IMG/VR virus record: IMGVR_UViG_3300025030_000006
Source: a virus
Length of the DNA stretch: 64,000 nucleotides
Strand: one strand, 5' to 3'
Part shown: positions 24,802 to 34,133 of the stretch, one piece after another
How positions within the stretch are numbered: the first letter of the stretch is position 1
Layout of the letters: every line of letters begins with the position of its first letter
Program-made: the position numbers and the translations under genes
Notes under the pieces: generated by a model
Told to the model about the DNA's origin: nothing
The model's database searches: none
Seen by the model: only the letters and a program-made list of their open reading frames with translations

Positions 24802-26466
24802 ATGTCTTTCTATTTTGAATTTCCCTCCATAGAAAGAAAATCAAAAACTAATTTTGATTGCAACAAATGCACTTTAAAGAATAATAAAATTCAATCCCCA
24901 GAAATGCAAATGTATGTTGGAGAACAATACGAAGGATTAATTATTTTAGGAAACAAAGCATCAAAACATGATGATGAAAAGGGATTTCCTTTTGCTGATT
25001 CCCGTTCAAAAATATTGAGAAGTACAGCCGCAAAATTCAGAATTAATTTATCAAAACAAGCCGCAATGCTTCATGCTGTTTCCTGCTATAACCCTACCAA
25101 AAAGAAAACTTCTGATACACATTTTAAATGCTGTCAAAGTATTTTAGATGCACGTCTTAAAGAATTACGTCCTAAATTGATTATCTGTTGTGGTGAATTG
25201 GCTTTTAAATATATTTTTGGGTTGAAAAACAAATATGCCATTTCAAAATTAAGAAACAGAATCATTCCTAATTACCAATACAACTGTCTGGTTTTTCCTG
25301 TTTACGACCCTTATAATTATGAAATGTATAACACCAGAAAAGAAGAGGAAGAACTAAGTTATTATTACGAACATGCTTATAAATGGGACTTACAAAGAAT
25401 ATTTGAATTATGGGATAAGAAATTTCATAAAAGAACGGAGGTCAACAAAGTTCTGAAAGAAAGAAAAATTCTTGAGAATATTGAAATAAAAGAAGTAACT
25501 GATTTCCATGAAGCCAAGGAATTATTCAGACTTTGGAATAAATCTAAAGCCATTTGCCTTGACTATGAAACCACTAATTTGTTTCCTTATGATAATCATT
25601 TTGAAATTGTTTATGCTGCCTTTGGAAATAAAACAAATGCTTGGGTTTTCCATGAAGATTTTTGGAAAGATAATCCATTCGTAAAGATTTGGTTCAAACG
25701 TCAAATGCAAAGGATTCTGGTTAATCAGAAAGTATTGAAAGTAGTTCAGAACAGCAAGTTTGAAGATTTATGTTCTAGGTTTGTTTATGGAATAAAAGAA
25801 ATAAAGAATTCATTTTGTACCATGCTGGCGCAACACGTAATTGATGAAAGAGAAGGATGTACTTCATTGGATTTCCAGAATTTAATACGGTTTGGAATTC
25901 CTCCTTATAATGAAACCATAAAGAAATATTTGATAACGGATAAGAAAGCCAAGGAAATTGAATCGGATGATTCAGAAGATGAGATGGAAGAAATCATTGA
26001 ATTGGATGAAGCAAAAGCATATACGTTTCAGAAAGTAAATAAAATCAGAGAAGCACCAAAACAAGATATGATTCAATACAACGGCCTTGACGTTATTACA
26101 GCATTTAATCAGTGGGTTTTATTTGAAAAAGATTTGTTGGATTCCTATCCTAAAGCCAGAGAGAATTACGAATTCTTGAATGAAGGTCATTGGTTGTTTG
26201 CCAGAATGAGTCAAAGAGGAGTTAATATTGGTGAACAGGAATTAAAAGATTTTGAATTGTTCTTGGAAAAAGAAATTGAAAGAATAGAAAAGAAAATAAT
26301 GGAGATACCGGAAATTCAAGAATATAACAAGCATTTGGAATCAAAAAGTTCAAAGACAAAGAAGAAAAAGAATGATAAGCAATTGGAAGATTTATGTTTT
26401 TCTAAACCTAAAAAGATTCGGTTGATTAATAGAAAATTTGATTTTACGGAAGGAGAAGAGAAATGA
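24802..26466 (+). CDS. polA: DNA polymerase I family, part 1: UDG-like domain, 3'-5' exonuclease and start of thumb
   Basis: Family-4 UDG-like GEQYEGLIILGN...GFPFAD; Exo I CLDYETTN, Exo II QNSKFED, Exo III YNGLDV. Confidence 0.8.
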   Translation: MSFYFEFPSIERKSKTNFDCNKCTLKNNKIQSPEMQMYVGEQYEGLIILGNKASKHDDEKGFPFADSRSKILRSTAAKFRINLSKQAAMLHAVSCYNPTKKKTSDTHFKCCQSILDARLKELRPKLIICCGELAFKYIFGLKNKYAISKLRNRIIPNYQYNCLVFPVYDPYNYEMYNTRKEEEELSYYYEHAYKWDLQRIFELWDKKFHKRTEVNKVLKERKILENIEIKEVTDFHEAKELFRLWNKSKAICLDYETTNLFPYDNHFEIVYAAFGNKTNAWVFHEDFWKDNPFVKIWFKRQMQRILVNQKVLKVVQNSKFEDLCSRFVYGIKEIKNSFCTMLAQHVIDEREGCTSLDFQNLIRFGIPPYNETIKKYLITDKKAKEIESDDSEDEMEEIIELDEAKAYTFQKVNKIREAPKQDMIQYNGLDVITAFNQWVLFEKDLLDSYPKARENYEFLNEGHWLFARMSQRGVNIGEQELKDFELFLEKEIERIEKKIMEIPEIQEYNKHLESKSSKTKKKKNDKQLEDLCFSKPKKIRLINRKFDFTEGEEK

Positions 26467-26714
26467 TATTAATTATGAATATATTGGTTATCGTTTTTAC
26501 CATCTTTGTTTTTGGTTACTGTATTGGTTGGGTTTTTTGCAATAGAGAATGGCGTTGGTATGCAAAATATAATGTACCTCACAGGCATAAAGGAAATTGG
26601 TATTTTGTAGAAAAGGAAAACAATGACAAAAAAGAAAGCACACCCTATAAAGAATTAAATGAAGCTCTTAATAGAATGGATGCAAAATTAAAGGAGAAGA
26701 GAAATGATAATTAG
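26463..26714 (+). CDS. small membrane protein inserted between the polymerase halves
   Basis: AAGGAGAAG RBS, ATGA overlap; N-terminal TM ILIMNILVIVFTIFVFGYCIGWVF. Confidence 0.55.
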   Translation: MILIMNILVIVFTIFVFGYCIGWVFCNREWRWYAKYNVPHRHKGNWYFVEKENNDKKESTPYKELNEALNRMDAKLKEKRNDN

Positions 26715-26937
26715 TAAAGATATTACTGAAAAAATTATTATTGGTGAAGGTTTTACAGATGAAGAATTAAATAAAGCAATAAATTTTTATTCTAATTTAT
26801 GTGATTCTATTAAATGTCTTGGAATACGTTATGATTTGGTTTTTTGTGATTTATTTCACACACTGGATAATTTGCAATCAATTAGATATTTTAGGGAGAA
26901 AAGAAATGAACAAGAGCAAATATGTAAAAGGATATAA
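26704..26937 (+). CDS. hypothetical protein inserted between the polymerase halves
   Basis: Same 19-nt RBS/start string as 26463. Confidence 0.5.
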   Translation: MIISKDITEKIIIGEGFTDEELNKAINFYSNLCDSIKCLGIRYDLVFCDLFHTLDNLQSIRYFREKRNEQEQICKRI

Positions 26938-27280
26938 TGACAGATATACCCATTTGGGTTTGGCAAAAATTGAAGAATTATTGAAAAATCATAAAGTTCC
27001 AATTGATTTGAAAATTGAAGATGTTTATGCAAGAGCAGATGTAATGGTAAAAGAAATAAATAAAAATCTCCCCAATAATACAAAACAATTTAAACGTGGT
27101 CAATTGTTAGAACATATTTCTTGGAATGAATATGGATTTTATAAATGGAATGCCTTGAAAGCATTGCTTATGAGTAGAGAGAAATTGAGGGAACAAAGAG
27201 AAAAAGAAAAGAATAAAAATTTTGCAAAGAATTATGGTAAACAGGTTAATAAAATTAGTGAAGCAATTCATGGAGTATAG
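26906..27280 (+). CDS. hypothetical protein inserted between the polymerase halves
   Basis: GGGAGA RBS before ATG 26906 (in frame with track ORF 26801). Confidence 0.5.
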   Translation: MNKSKYVKGYNDRYTHLGLAKIEELLKNHKVPIDLKIEDVYARADVMVKEINKNLPNNTKQFKRGQLLEHISWNEYGFYKWNALKALLMSREKLREQREKEKNKNFAKNYGKQVNKISEAIHGV

Positions 27281-27286
27281 AATAAA

Positions 27287-28699
27287 ATGGATATGTTATT
27301 CAATACCCAAAGTAATATGCAGCTTCAGGAGTTTTTATATGAATTCCTAGAATTGAAACCACCAAGGGCAAAGAATGATAAAGGTAATTATTCGGTAGCA
27401 GAAGAAATATTAATTCATCATGCAGAGAAAGATGAAGTTGAATTCTGCAAATTACTGTTGAATATACGTAAATTGAAAAAAGCAAGAAATACTTATGCAA
27501 GGGGATTTAGAAGATATAAGGATGAATTGGAAGGAATGATTCATCCTGATTTTTGGCTTAACACAACAAAAACTTATCGGAGTTCTTCATCAAACCCAAA
27601 TTTTCAGAATTTGCCAAAACACGGTGAAATTATTCCCGGTATTGAGTGGCAAACGATTCGTAAAATATTCACCAGAAAATTATTAATTGAAAAGATAAAA
27701 GCTGGAGAAATAGAATTTACAATTCAAAATGGATTCATTGGTGAAGTTGACTATGTTGGTGCTGAAGTTAAAGTTGCCGCCGCTGAAGCAGACGATGAAC
27801 AATTGATTACTGATTTAAATAATGGATTCGACCAACACTCACATTGGGCTGGCGTTTTATTCGGAATCAATAAAGCAATTGAGGAAATAAAAAAGATACA
27901 CACTGAAGAAAGATTCCTTGCAAAGAATAACTTTACCTTTGCCAATCTCTTTGGTGCTGGCAATACTTCAATTGCGGAGGAAATGCGTAAAAGTGAATTC
28001 TACGTTGAATTTGTAAGAAAAGCATTTGAAAAAGCAAGACAATCAAAGGGGTTTAAATCCTCATGGAATGATTTTTTTAAAGAGTATTCGGAACAACATA
28101 TTCAGGAATGTCAAAATGTTTTTTATGACCGATATAAAGATGTAAAAGCATGGCAAGAATGGGTAGTAAAAAAATATTATGACGTTGGCTATGTAGAGAA
28201 CAAATTTGGGTTTAGAAGAAGATACCCAATGAAGCGTAATGAAATAATTAATTTTCCAATACAGTCAACAAGTTTTCATTTACTCCTTCATTCATTGATT
28301 GAAATTGAAAAGAAAATGGAACAATTGGATTTACAATCTAAATTGGTTGGTCAGATTCATGACTCTGGATTTTTTAATATTGTGAGAAGAGAAGCAGAAC
28401 AGGTTATGGATTTAATTGAATATGAAATGACTCACAAATCATTTGATTGGCTTAAAAAAATTAACCTAGAAGCTGAATTCGAGTTGTCTGATGATAGCTG
28501 GTACAATTTGAAATTGGAAAATAAATGGTTTGAAGCAAAACATATTAAATCAGAAGAAGTATTTAGAGAAAAATTCCTGCATGGATTTACAACTGATATA
28601 GGAATGGATGTTGATTTAATTGCAAAGATTCTGGCAGGGAAAAAGGACAAGGAAGGTAATCTGTATAAACTAGAAAATTGGTCTTTTTCCTATATTTGA
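27287..28699 (+). CDS. polA: DNA polymerase I family, part 2: thumb, palm and fingers
   Basis: FNTQSNMQLQEFLYE (FN.nS.kQL), SSSSNPNFQNLP, motif A VDYVGAEVKV, motif B RFLAKNNFTFANLFG, motif C QIHDS. Confidence 0.85.
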   Translation: MDMLFNTQSNMQLQEFLYEFLELKPPRAKNDKGNYSVAEEILIHHAEKDEVEFCKLLLNIRKLKKARNTYARGFRRYKDELEGMIHPDFWLNTTKTYRSSSSNPNFQNLPKHGEIIPGIEWQTIRKIFTRKLLIEKIKAGEIEFTIQNGFIGEVDYVGAEVKVAAAEADDEQLITDLNNGFDQHSHWAGVLFGINKAIEEIKKIHTEERFLAKNNFTFANLFGAGNTSIAEEMRKSEFYVEFVRKAFEKARQSKGFKSSWNDFFKEYSEQHIQECQNVFYDRYKDVKAWQEWVVKKYYDVGYVENKFGFRRRYPMKRNEIINFPIQSTSFHLLLHSLIEIEKKMEQLDLQSKLVGQIHDSGFFNIVRREAEQVMDLIEYEMTHKSFDWLKKINLEAEFELSDDSWYNLKLENKWFEAKHIKSEEVFREKFLHGFTTDIGMDVDLIAKILAGKKDKEGNLYKLENWSFSYI

Positions 28700-28712
28700 G
28701 AAAGGAATTAAT

Positions 28713-29024
28713 ATGTCTGAAATTTATAAGGGTGGAAAAAGAATTCTTATTGTGGACAAGATTTCAAAAATGCCCACAGGTTTACTAAAATGTAAATCAA
28801 CATCAGCAACGTTTGGAGAATTAAAATTTAAAATTGAGTTGTTGTCAGAAGCAATGGGGAAAGCACATAAAGAGGCTGAAGAAGCAGCCAAAAACTTTAA
28901 TTTAGCAATTGCAGAATTAACAGCAAAAACACTTATTGAATTGCCAAAAATTAAAGAAACAAAAGAAAAACATTTTGAGAAATTCAATTACAAAATGAAA
29001 CGTGGAAAAAGGAAATGGAGATAA
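28713..29024 (+). CDS. hypothetical protein
   Basis: AAAGGAA RBS. Confidence 0.6.
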   Translation: MSEIYKGGKRILIVDKISKMPTGLLKCKSTSATFGELKFKIELLSEAMGKAHKEAEEAAKNFNLAIAELTAKTLIELPKIKETKEKHFEKFNYKMKRGKRKWR

Positions 29025-29025
29025 T

Positions 29026-29202
29026 ATGAAAAGAATTAAACTGAAGGAAAAAAATAAAACATATTCAGAAGGGGTAAAATGTTTTGACAGATTTATAAAA
29101 ATGAATAGGGTTCATATTGATAAAATGAAGGATGAAGGAAAAGAAATGTATCTGTTCCTTGCTGGCTATTATGCCAAATGTAAAAGGGATAAAGGGGAAT
29201 AG
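29026..29202 (+). CDS. hypothetical protein, tandem paralog A (MKRIKLK...)
   Basis: GGAGA RBS before ATG 29026; similar to the next gene (MKRIKLK, F[ML]LF[ML][AS]G[FY]YA). Confidence 0.55.
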   Translation: MKRIKLKEKNKTYSEGVKCFDRFIKMNRVHIDKMKDEGKEMYLFLAGYYAKCKRDKGE

Positions 29203-29205
29203 TAT

Positions 29206-29409
29206 ATGAAAAGAATTAAATTAAAAGGAACAACAAAAGATTTTCAAACAAATTTTGATGATTATGCTGTTGGTAAAGGAAAATTTCAAATGTACATGAG
29301 ATTAAATAAACAACATTTGGATAAGGCAACAGAAAATGAAAAAGAATTTATGTTGTTTATGTCAGGATTTTATGCTGCTTGTCAGTATAAACTATCAGGA
29401 AATAAATAA
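29206..29409 (+). CDS. hypothetical protein, tandem paralog B (MKRIKLK...)
   Basis: AAAGGGGA RBS. Confidence 0.6.
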   Translation: MKRIKLKGTTKDFQTNFDDYAVGKGKFQMYMRLNKQHLDKATENEKEFMLFMSGFYAACQYKLSGNK

Positions 29410-29420
29410 TTTTTTGGTAC

Positions 29421-29450
29421 TTGACAGATTAGTAATTCAAGATGTATATT
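29421..29450 (+). promoter_or_regulatory. sigma70-like promoter (TTGACA-18-TATATT)
   Basis: Consensus -35 in a 70-nt intergenic gap. Confidence 0.5.
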
Positions 29451-29481
29451 TACCAAACATTTAACGGAAAGGAGAAAACAA

Positions 29482-29727
29482 ATGAAAAAAAGAGTTTATA
29501 TTTATTCAGGTGAATATGAAAATTACTTGGAAGATGAACCTGATTATTTAACATCTGTTGTTGAAATCAATGAAGAACTTTATAAACGGATAAAGGATTA
29601 TGAAAAGGAACATCAAGAAATACAAAAAATAATGGATAAACTTTATGATGATGGAAAAATATTGGATTCACAAACAAAAGTTAAATTGGAAAAAATGAAA
29701 AGGAAGGAGAAAAAATATGAATCATAA
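29482..29727 (+). CDS. hypothetical protein
   Basis: AAAGGAGA RBS. Confidence 0.6.
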   Translation: MKKRVYIYSGEYENYLEDEPDYLTSVVEINEELYKRIKDYEKEHQEIQKIMDKLYDDGKILDSQTKVKLEKMKRKEKKYES

Positions 29728-30034
29728 AACAAGGCATTTGATTTATGAATGTATTTCAGATTATTTTCAAATACCAATTTCAACGGCAAGGCAACTTTGT
29801 TATATGACTATAGTTGGTGCTGATTTCAGTTTTAAAATGTCAGAAGAAATTGTATGGCATAATATTTATCATTCCTTGAAAACAAATGATGAAAGATTTA
29901 TCAAGGTATTGGAAAATGAAATGGAAGCAATAAATAAAGATGCAGAATTAAAAAGAAAATTGGATAAATTCATTTTGTATAATGGCATTGAATCAGGGGA
30001 ATTGAAGAGTTTTAAATCTTATTTGAAAGGATGA
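29717..30034 (+). CDS. hypothetical protein
   Basis: AAGGAGA RBS. Confidence 0.6.
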   Translation: MNHKTRHLIYECISDYFQIPISTARQLCYMTIVGADFSFKMSEEIVWHNIYHSLKTNDERFIKVLENEMEAINKDAELKRKLDKFILYNGIESGELKSFKSYLKG

Positions 30035-30036
30035 AT

Positions 30037-30213
30037 ATGAAAAAAAATATTATAATAAAAAAAGTAAACAATAAAAGTGATGTTTGTTTACTTTGCAATA
30101 ATGGAAATGAGGCAGAACAATTGTGGAGTATTAAATTAGGAAATAATATTCTAATTCTTTGTGGTTTTTGTTGTGGTAATCTAGGATATAAACTAATCCA
30201 TGAAACTGACTAA
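30037..30213 (+). CDS. hypothetical Cys-containing protein
   Basis: GAAAGG RBS is better spaced for ATG 30037 than for 30031; CLLCNN...CGFCCG. Confidence 0.5.
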   Translation: MKKNIIIKKVNNKSDVCLLCNNGNEAEQLWSIKLGNNILILCGFCCGNLGYKLIHETD

Positions 30214-30309
30214 AGAAAGGATGAATATGATTCTTTGTGTTTTGTTAATTTTGGAGGTAATTTTTCTTTTGTGGATTGACACAACTAAATAAAGAAAGGA
30301 GAATAGAAA

Positions 30310-31263
30310 ATGCAAATTACAAACTATCTTAGGGCTGGTTATGCTTCTGTTTTTTGTGAGGCAATTGAAATTAAACGCTGTGTTAAATCCATTTCAGTTG
30401 ATTTGCCATTTGAGAAATTGGAATGGGACTTTGTAACAGGATTGGAAGTTAATAAACAAAAGGAAGAAGCCAATCAAGTTGAAATTCTTAACAAGGCAAC
30501 TGAATTACAACAAAAGGCAATCATTCTGGAAAACTTTGATTTGTTTCTGGAAAACCCCATTATTATGCAAACATTCCTGAATAATTATGAAACATATAAA
30601 TCCAATCAGGTTTGTTTGGTAATGGTAGGAAATTCCTCATCCAAGATTCCCGTTATTTTAAAAGAACTGATTCCTGTAATTGAGTTCAATCTTCCCAATA
30701 AAGAAGAAATCAGGAAGATTGCAGAAATTATTTCCACCACAGCGGAAGAAGATTTTAAACAATCCAAAGATTATGATAAGAATAAAAAGGAATTCGATTT
30801 CCATGTATCTGAAGAATTGATTTCCGCTTGTCTAGGATTAAGTCATGAAGAGGTTGAAAGCATTTTAGCCCTGTCGCTCATTGAACATAAAAAATTGGAT
30901 ACAAAAACAGTCTTAGAAAGAAAAAGGCAAGTAATAAGACAAACTGGATTTATGGATTTTATAAACCCAGAACCAATAGAAAATTTAGGAGGGTTAGATA
31001 AATTAAAAGAGTATATTTTTAAAAGAAAAGAAGCGTTTATTGAGGGAAGTATAAAACCAAAAATAAAATCAATGGTGATGGCCGGTTTTCCCGGAACAGG
31101 TAAAACGATGGCCGCAAAGGCAATTATTTCTATTTTTGATTGGCCAGGAATAATTCTTGACGTAGGTTCTTTAAAAGGTGGAATCGTTGGTGAAACAGAA
31201 AAAAATGTAAGACATGCCTGCAAAACAATTGACGCTTTTGGAAGATGTATTGTAATACTGGAT
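30310..31263 (+). CDS. classical-clade AAA+ ATPase (Ycf46-like), exon 1
   Basis: AAAGGAGA RBS; Walker A GFPGTGKT; ends IVILD at the Walker B site, and the unspliced frame then stops after KQI. Confidence 0.75.
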
Positions 31264-31498
31264 AAACAAATCTAATCTTGTTCAGTATAAATCCCCTTAA
31301 TTGCTGGAAACCCCTTAGAGCCAATTGAACTACAACGTAGCTGGAAACGGCAAGCGTGAATGTTTGAAAATCAATTGGATTGGGCAATCAGCAGCCAAGT
31401 GCCTTTAAAATGGTGAAGGTTCAGAGACTATCCCGTAAGGGAGTAGGATTCAAGTGAATCCGAAATGGGGGACAAATAACAAAAATTCCTTTATTTTC

Positions 31499-31527
31499 TT
31501 GACTTCATAAATTCTCTATCCTATATT
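31499..31527 (+). promoter_or_regulatory. sigma70-like promoter inside the intron (TTGACT-17-TATATT)
   Basis: Located 47 nt upstream of the HNH ORF. Confidence 0.45.
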
Positions 31528-31573
31528 CTTAAAATAAGTTTTCAGCACAAAATAGGACAAGGGAGATTTTATT

Positions 31574-32161
31574 ATGTGGTCCAAGAAACGTGGTAGATGC
31601 AAAGGGTGCCGTTCTATTCGTTACCGTCATCAAGCAAAGGGATTATGCACAAAATGTTATTTAGAAAAATATCGTAATAACCCACAAAACAAAGAAAAAA
31701 GCAAGAAACACAAAAGTGAATGGCTTAAAAAACAACCAAAAGAATATGGCAAAATGCGTAGAGAACAACTACATTTTGGTGGTAAAAGAGAATTAGCTTT
31801 AGAAAGAGATAATTATACTTGTCAAAAATGTGGGGAAAAAGATATTCCTAAATTAACTGTGCATCATATTGATGGTAATGGTAGAAAGCATAAAACACCA
31901 AACAATAAACTTAGTAATTTGCAAACTTTATGCAGAACATGTCACATTAAAATCCACAAGTATGATTTAGTAAAAGGAAGAAGAACAATAAAAAGTGGAT
32001 TTTGGAGCAAACACCATGATTTATGCAAAGTTTGCGAAACAACCGAAAGAAAACATTATGCTTTGGGCCTTTGTGTCTTATGCTACAAAAGGGTAGTTAG
32101 AAAAGCCAAAAAGGAAGGCTTGTTATTTGAAGATATAGTCCGAACTTATGAGAAATCATAA
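31574..32161 (+). CDS. HNH homing endonuclease (intron-encoded)
   Basis: GGGAGA RBS; CQKCG...VHHIDGN...NLQTLCRTCHIKIH; flanking CxxC pairs. Confidence 0.8.
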   Translation: MWSKKRGRCKGCRSIRYRHQAKGLCTKCYLEKYRNNPQNKEKSKKHKSEWLKKQPKEYGKMRREQLHFGGKRELALERDNYTCQKCGEKDIPKLTVHHIDGNGRKHKTPNNKLSNLQTLCRTCHIKIHKYDLVKGRRTIKSGFWSKHHDLCKVCETTERKHYALGLCVLCYKRVVRKAKKEGLLFEDIVRTYEKS

Positions 32162-32198
32162 GAGGAATAATGGAAACGATTATTCCAAAACAAAAAAG

Positions 32199-32735
32199 GA
32201 GATTGAAAAAGCCTTTGCAGGTGCGTCCGGTCAAAATCTTGATTCTGGTGTAAGTCAAGGGATGTTGGGTTATTTTTTAACATGGATGCAAGAGCGTAAA
32301 TCAGAAGGAATTGTTATTGCTACTGCAAATGATTTATCAAAATTACCTCCAGAATTTCTTCGTGCTGGTAGGTGGGATTGTATTTGGTTCGTTGATACGC
32401 CAAATGAAAATGAAGTAAAAGTTATCATTGAAATTATGAATAGGCGGTATCATTCAAAACTTCCTACCGATTCCAATTTCTGTAAAGAATTGGCTGAACA
32501 ACAATGGACTGGTGCTGAAATTGAACAATTGGCTAAAGATTCCCATTTCGATGATTTGGATACGGCAATGAATAATATTCCTTTGCTATCCAGTTTCAGA
32601 AAAGAAGAAATGGATGAAATCAGGAAGAAAGCTAAAATGTTTCGTGCTGCCAGTAGTAAAGGAGAACCAATCAGAAAGAAAATTCAATTGAAAACAAAAC
32701 CTGTTGCTGCCGGTAGAAAACTGAATCTTCATTGA
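32199..32735 (+). CDS. AAA+ ATPase (Ycf46-like), exon 2
   Basis: Begins EIEKAF (rest of Walker B); sensor-1 IVIATAN, second region of homology PPEFLRAGRWD. Confidence 0.75.
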   Translation, partial: EIEKAFAGASGQNLDSGVSQGMLGYFLTWMQERKSEGIVIATANDLSKLPPEFLRAGRWDCIWFVDTPNENEVKVIIEIMNRRYHSKLPTDSNFCKELAEQQWTGAEIEQLAKDSHFDDLDTAMNNIPLLSSFRKEEMDEIRKKAKMFRAASSKGEPIRKKIQLKTKPVAAGRKLNLH

Positions 32736-32746
32736 AAGGAGAAAAT

Positions 32747-33001
32747 ATGACAAGGGAAGAGATTGAAAATACTGATTGGGCAAAGGAATTTAAAGCTGAT
32801 TCTCCTATTAGTTATGAAAAAGGAATTAAATATGCTTTGCAGGAAAATTTAGAAGTTTTTCTTGCTTTTAATTGTGATGTTGGTTTTTGGCAATATTCCA
32901 TTTGTGTTTCAGAATACCCTCTATTTTGGATGGATGCAAAAGAAACGAAGGAAGAAGCTATCAAATTATGCAAAAAAATGGGTTGGAAAATTATTGAATA
33001 A
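32747..33001 (+). CDS. hypothetical protein
   Basis: AAAGGAGA RBS before ATG 32747. Confidence 0.6.
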   Translation: MTREEIENTDWAKEFKADSPISYEKGIKYALQENLEVFLAFNCDVGFWQYSICVSEYPLFWMDAKETKEEAIKLCKKMGWKIIE

Positions 33002-33018
33002 AGGAAAGGAGAAAATAA

Positions 33019-33222
33019 ATGGAAACTTTAATTGATTGTGTGTTTCAGGAATGTCTTTTGAATAATGAAGAAAAATGTACGGGAGAAGAACATAAAAGTA
33101 TTCCCAATTCAATTTATTGTAAAAAATTTAAAGTACAAAGAATGAGTAAAATTGTTACCCAAGAAATTTTGAATGAAAGGCTACTGGTTAAAAACATCAG
33201 ACAAGCATTAAAGGAGGTATAA
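33019..33222 (+). CDS. hypothetical protein
   Basis: AAAGGAGA RBS. Confidence 0.6.
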   Translation: METLIDCVFQECLLNNEEKCTGEEHKSIPNSIYCKKFKVQRMSKIVTQEILNERLLVKNIRQALKEV

Positions 33223-33224
33223 TT

Positions 33225-33662
33225 ATGAGTCACTTTAGCCGTATTGACCTAAAAATTACTGATTTGAATTGTTTGAAAAAAGCAGTTAAGAGACTTGGTG
33301 GGGAATTCAGGGAAAATCAAACAAGTTATAAATGGTGGGGGAGATATATGGGTGATTCCCCATTGCCTGAAGGATTGACTGTAAACGATTTGGGGAAATG
33401 TGACCATGCAATCTCATTTCCCGGCAAAGCACAATATGAGATTGGCGTTGTTAAATCAAAAACAAAACCAAAAAATTATGAGTTGCTTTATGATTATTGG
33501 CAATCAGGTGGTTTGAATCAGGTTGTTGGTCAAAATGCCGGTTTGCTTAAACAGGCTTATGGAATTGAAGCAGCAAAAACGCAAGCACTGTTATCTGGAT
33601 ATACTACAACAGAGAGAAAAGAAAAAGATGGTTCTGTTAAATTGGTAATCAGTGTAAGTTGA
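33225..33662 (+). CDS. DUF1257 (Ycf35-like) protein
   Basis: AAGGAGG RBS; characteristic start MSHFSRIDLKITDLNCLKKAVKRLG. Confidence 0.65.
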   Translation: MSHFSRIDLKITDLNCLKKAVKRLGGEFRENQTSYKWWGRYMGDSPLPEGLTVNDLGKCDHAISFPGKAQYEIGVVKSKTKPKNYELLYDYWQSGGLNQVVGQNAGLLKQAYGIEAAKTQALLSGYTTTERKEKDGSVKLVISVS

Positions 33663-33674
33663 AGGGAAAACAAT

Positions 33675-33926
33675 ATGGAACTTAATCTTAAAATAAATCC
33701 AGATGGTACAATTGAATCATTGTATAATGATTTCTTGTCTGACTTTGAAGGAAATAAAGAAATCCAGAGAGCAAGCGAAGTGGAATTTTCTGATGATATG
33801 CAAAATTGGATTGTTACAATTCTAATTGGCAATTATAAAGGGTGCTGCTTGCCAAGATTGTTTAACAAGAGACAGGAAGCCATTAACGCAGAAATTGAAT
33901 TCTTTAATCAGGAATTATTCAATTAA
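33675..33926 (+). CDS. hypothetical protein
   Basis: AAGGGA RBS; LKINPDGTIE start resembles that of the DUF2997 gene. Confidence 0.55.
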   Translation: MELNLKINPDGTIESLYNDFLSDFEGNKEIQRASEVEFSDDMQNWIVTILIGNYKGCCLPRLFNKRQEAINAEIEFFNQELFN

Positions 33927-33944
33927 AAGAAAGGAGTAAATAAA

Positions 33945-34133
33945 ATGAAGGAAATTGTGGTAATAATTAAACCAGACGGCAGTTCAAGCGTAGAGGCTTT
34001 TGGATTCAAAGGAACAAGTTGTAAAGACGCAACAAAAGAAATTGAAAAGGCATTGGGTAAAGTTGCTTCTGATAAGTTGAAGCCTGAGTATTATGAAACA
34101 GAACGTGTAGGAACAACAATCAAGATTAAATAA
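33945..34133 (+). CDS. DUF2997 protein
   Basis: AAAGGAG RBS; IVVIIKPDGSSSVEAFGFKGTSCKDATKEIEKALGKV matches the I.pDG.v...v.G..G..C...T..le..lG pattern. Confidence 0.6.
   Translation: MKEIVVIIKPDGSSSVEAFGFKGTSCKDATKEIEKALGKVASDKLKPEYYETERVGTTIKIK

Larger units (their letters stand above)
31264..32198 (+). mobile_element. group I intron carrying an HNH homing-endonuclease ORF
   Basis: Core-like GCAGCCAAGTGCC and GGTTCAGAGACTA, GNRA hairpin TCCC-GTAA-GGGA; 5' exon ends in T and intron ends in G; excision restores IVILD-EIEKAF. Confidence 0.7.

Noticed and set aside
26466-27287. Intron or intein interrupting the DNA polymerase
   Set aside because: The intervening DNA is AT-rich and filled with three SD-led ORFs. 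It lacks group I core-like sequence, unlike 31264-31573. The two polymerase ORFs have their own stop and start, and no intein blocks were seen.
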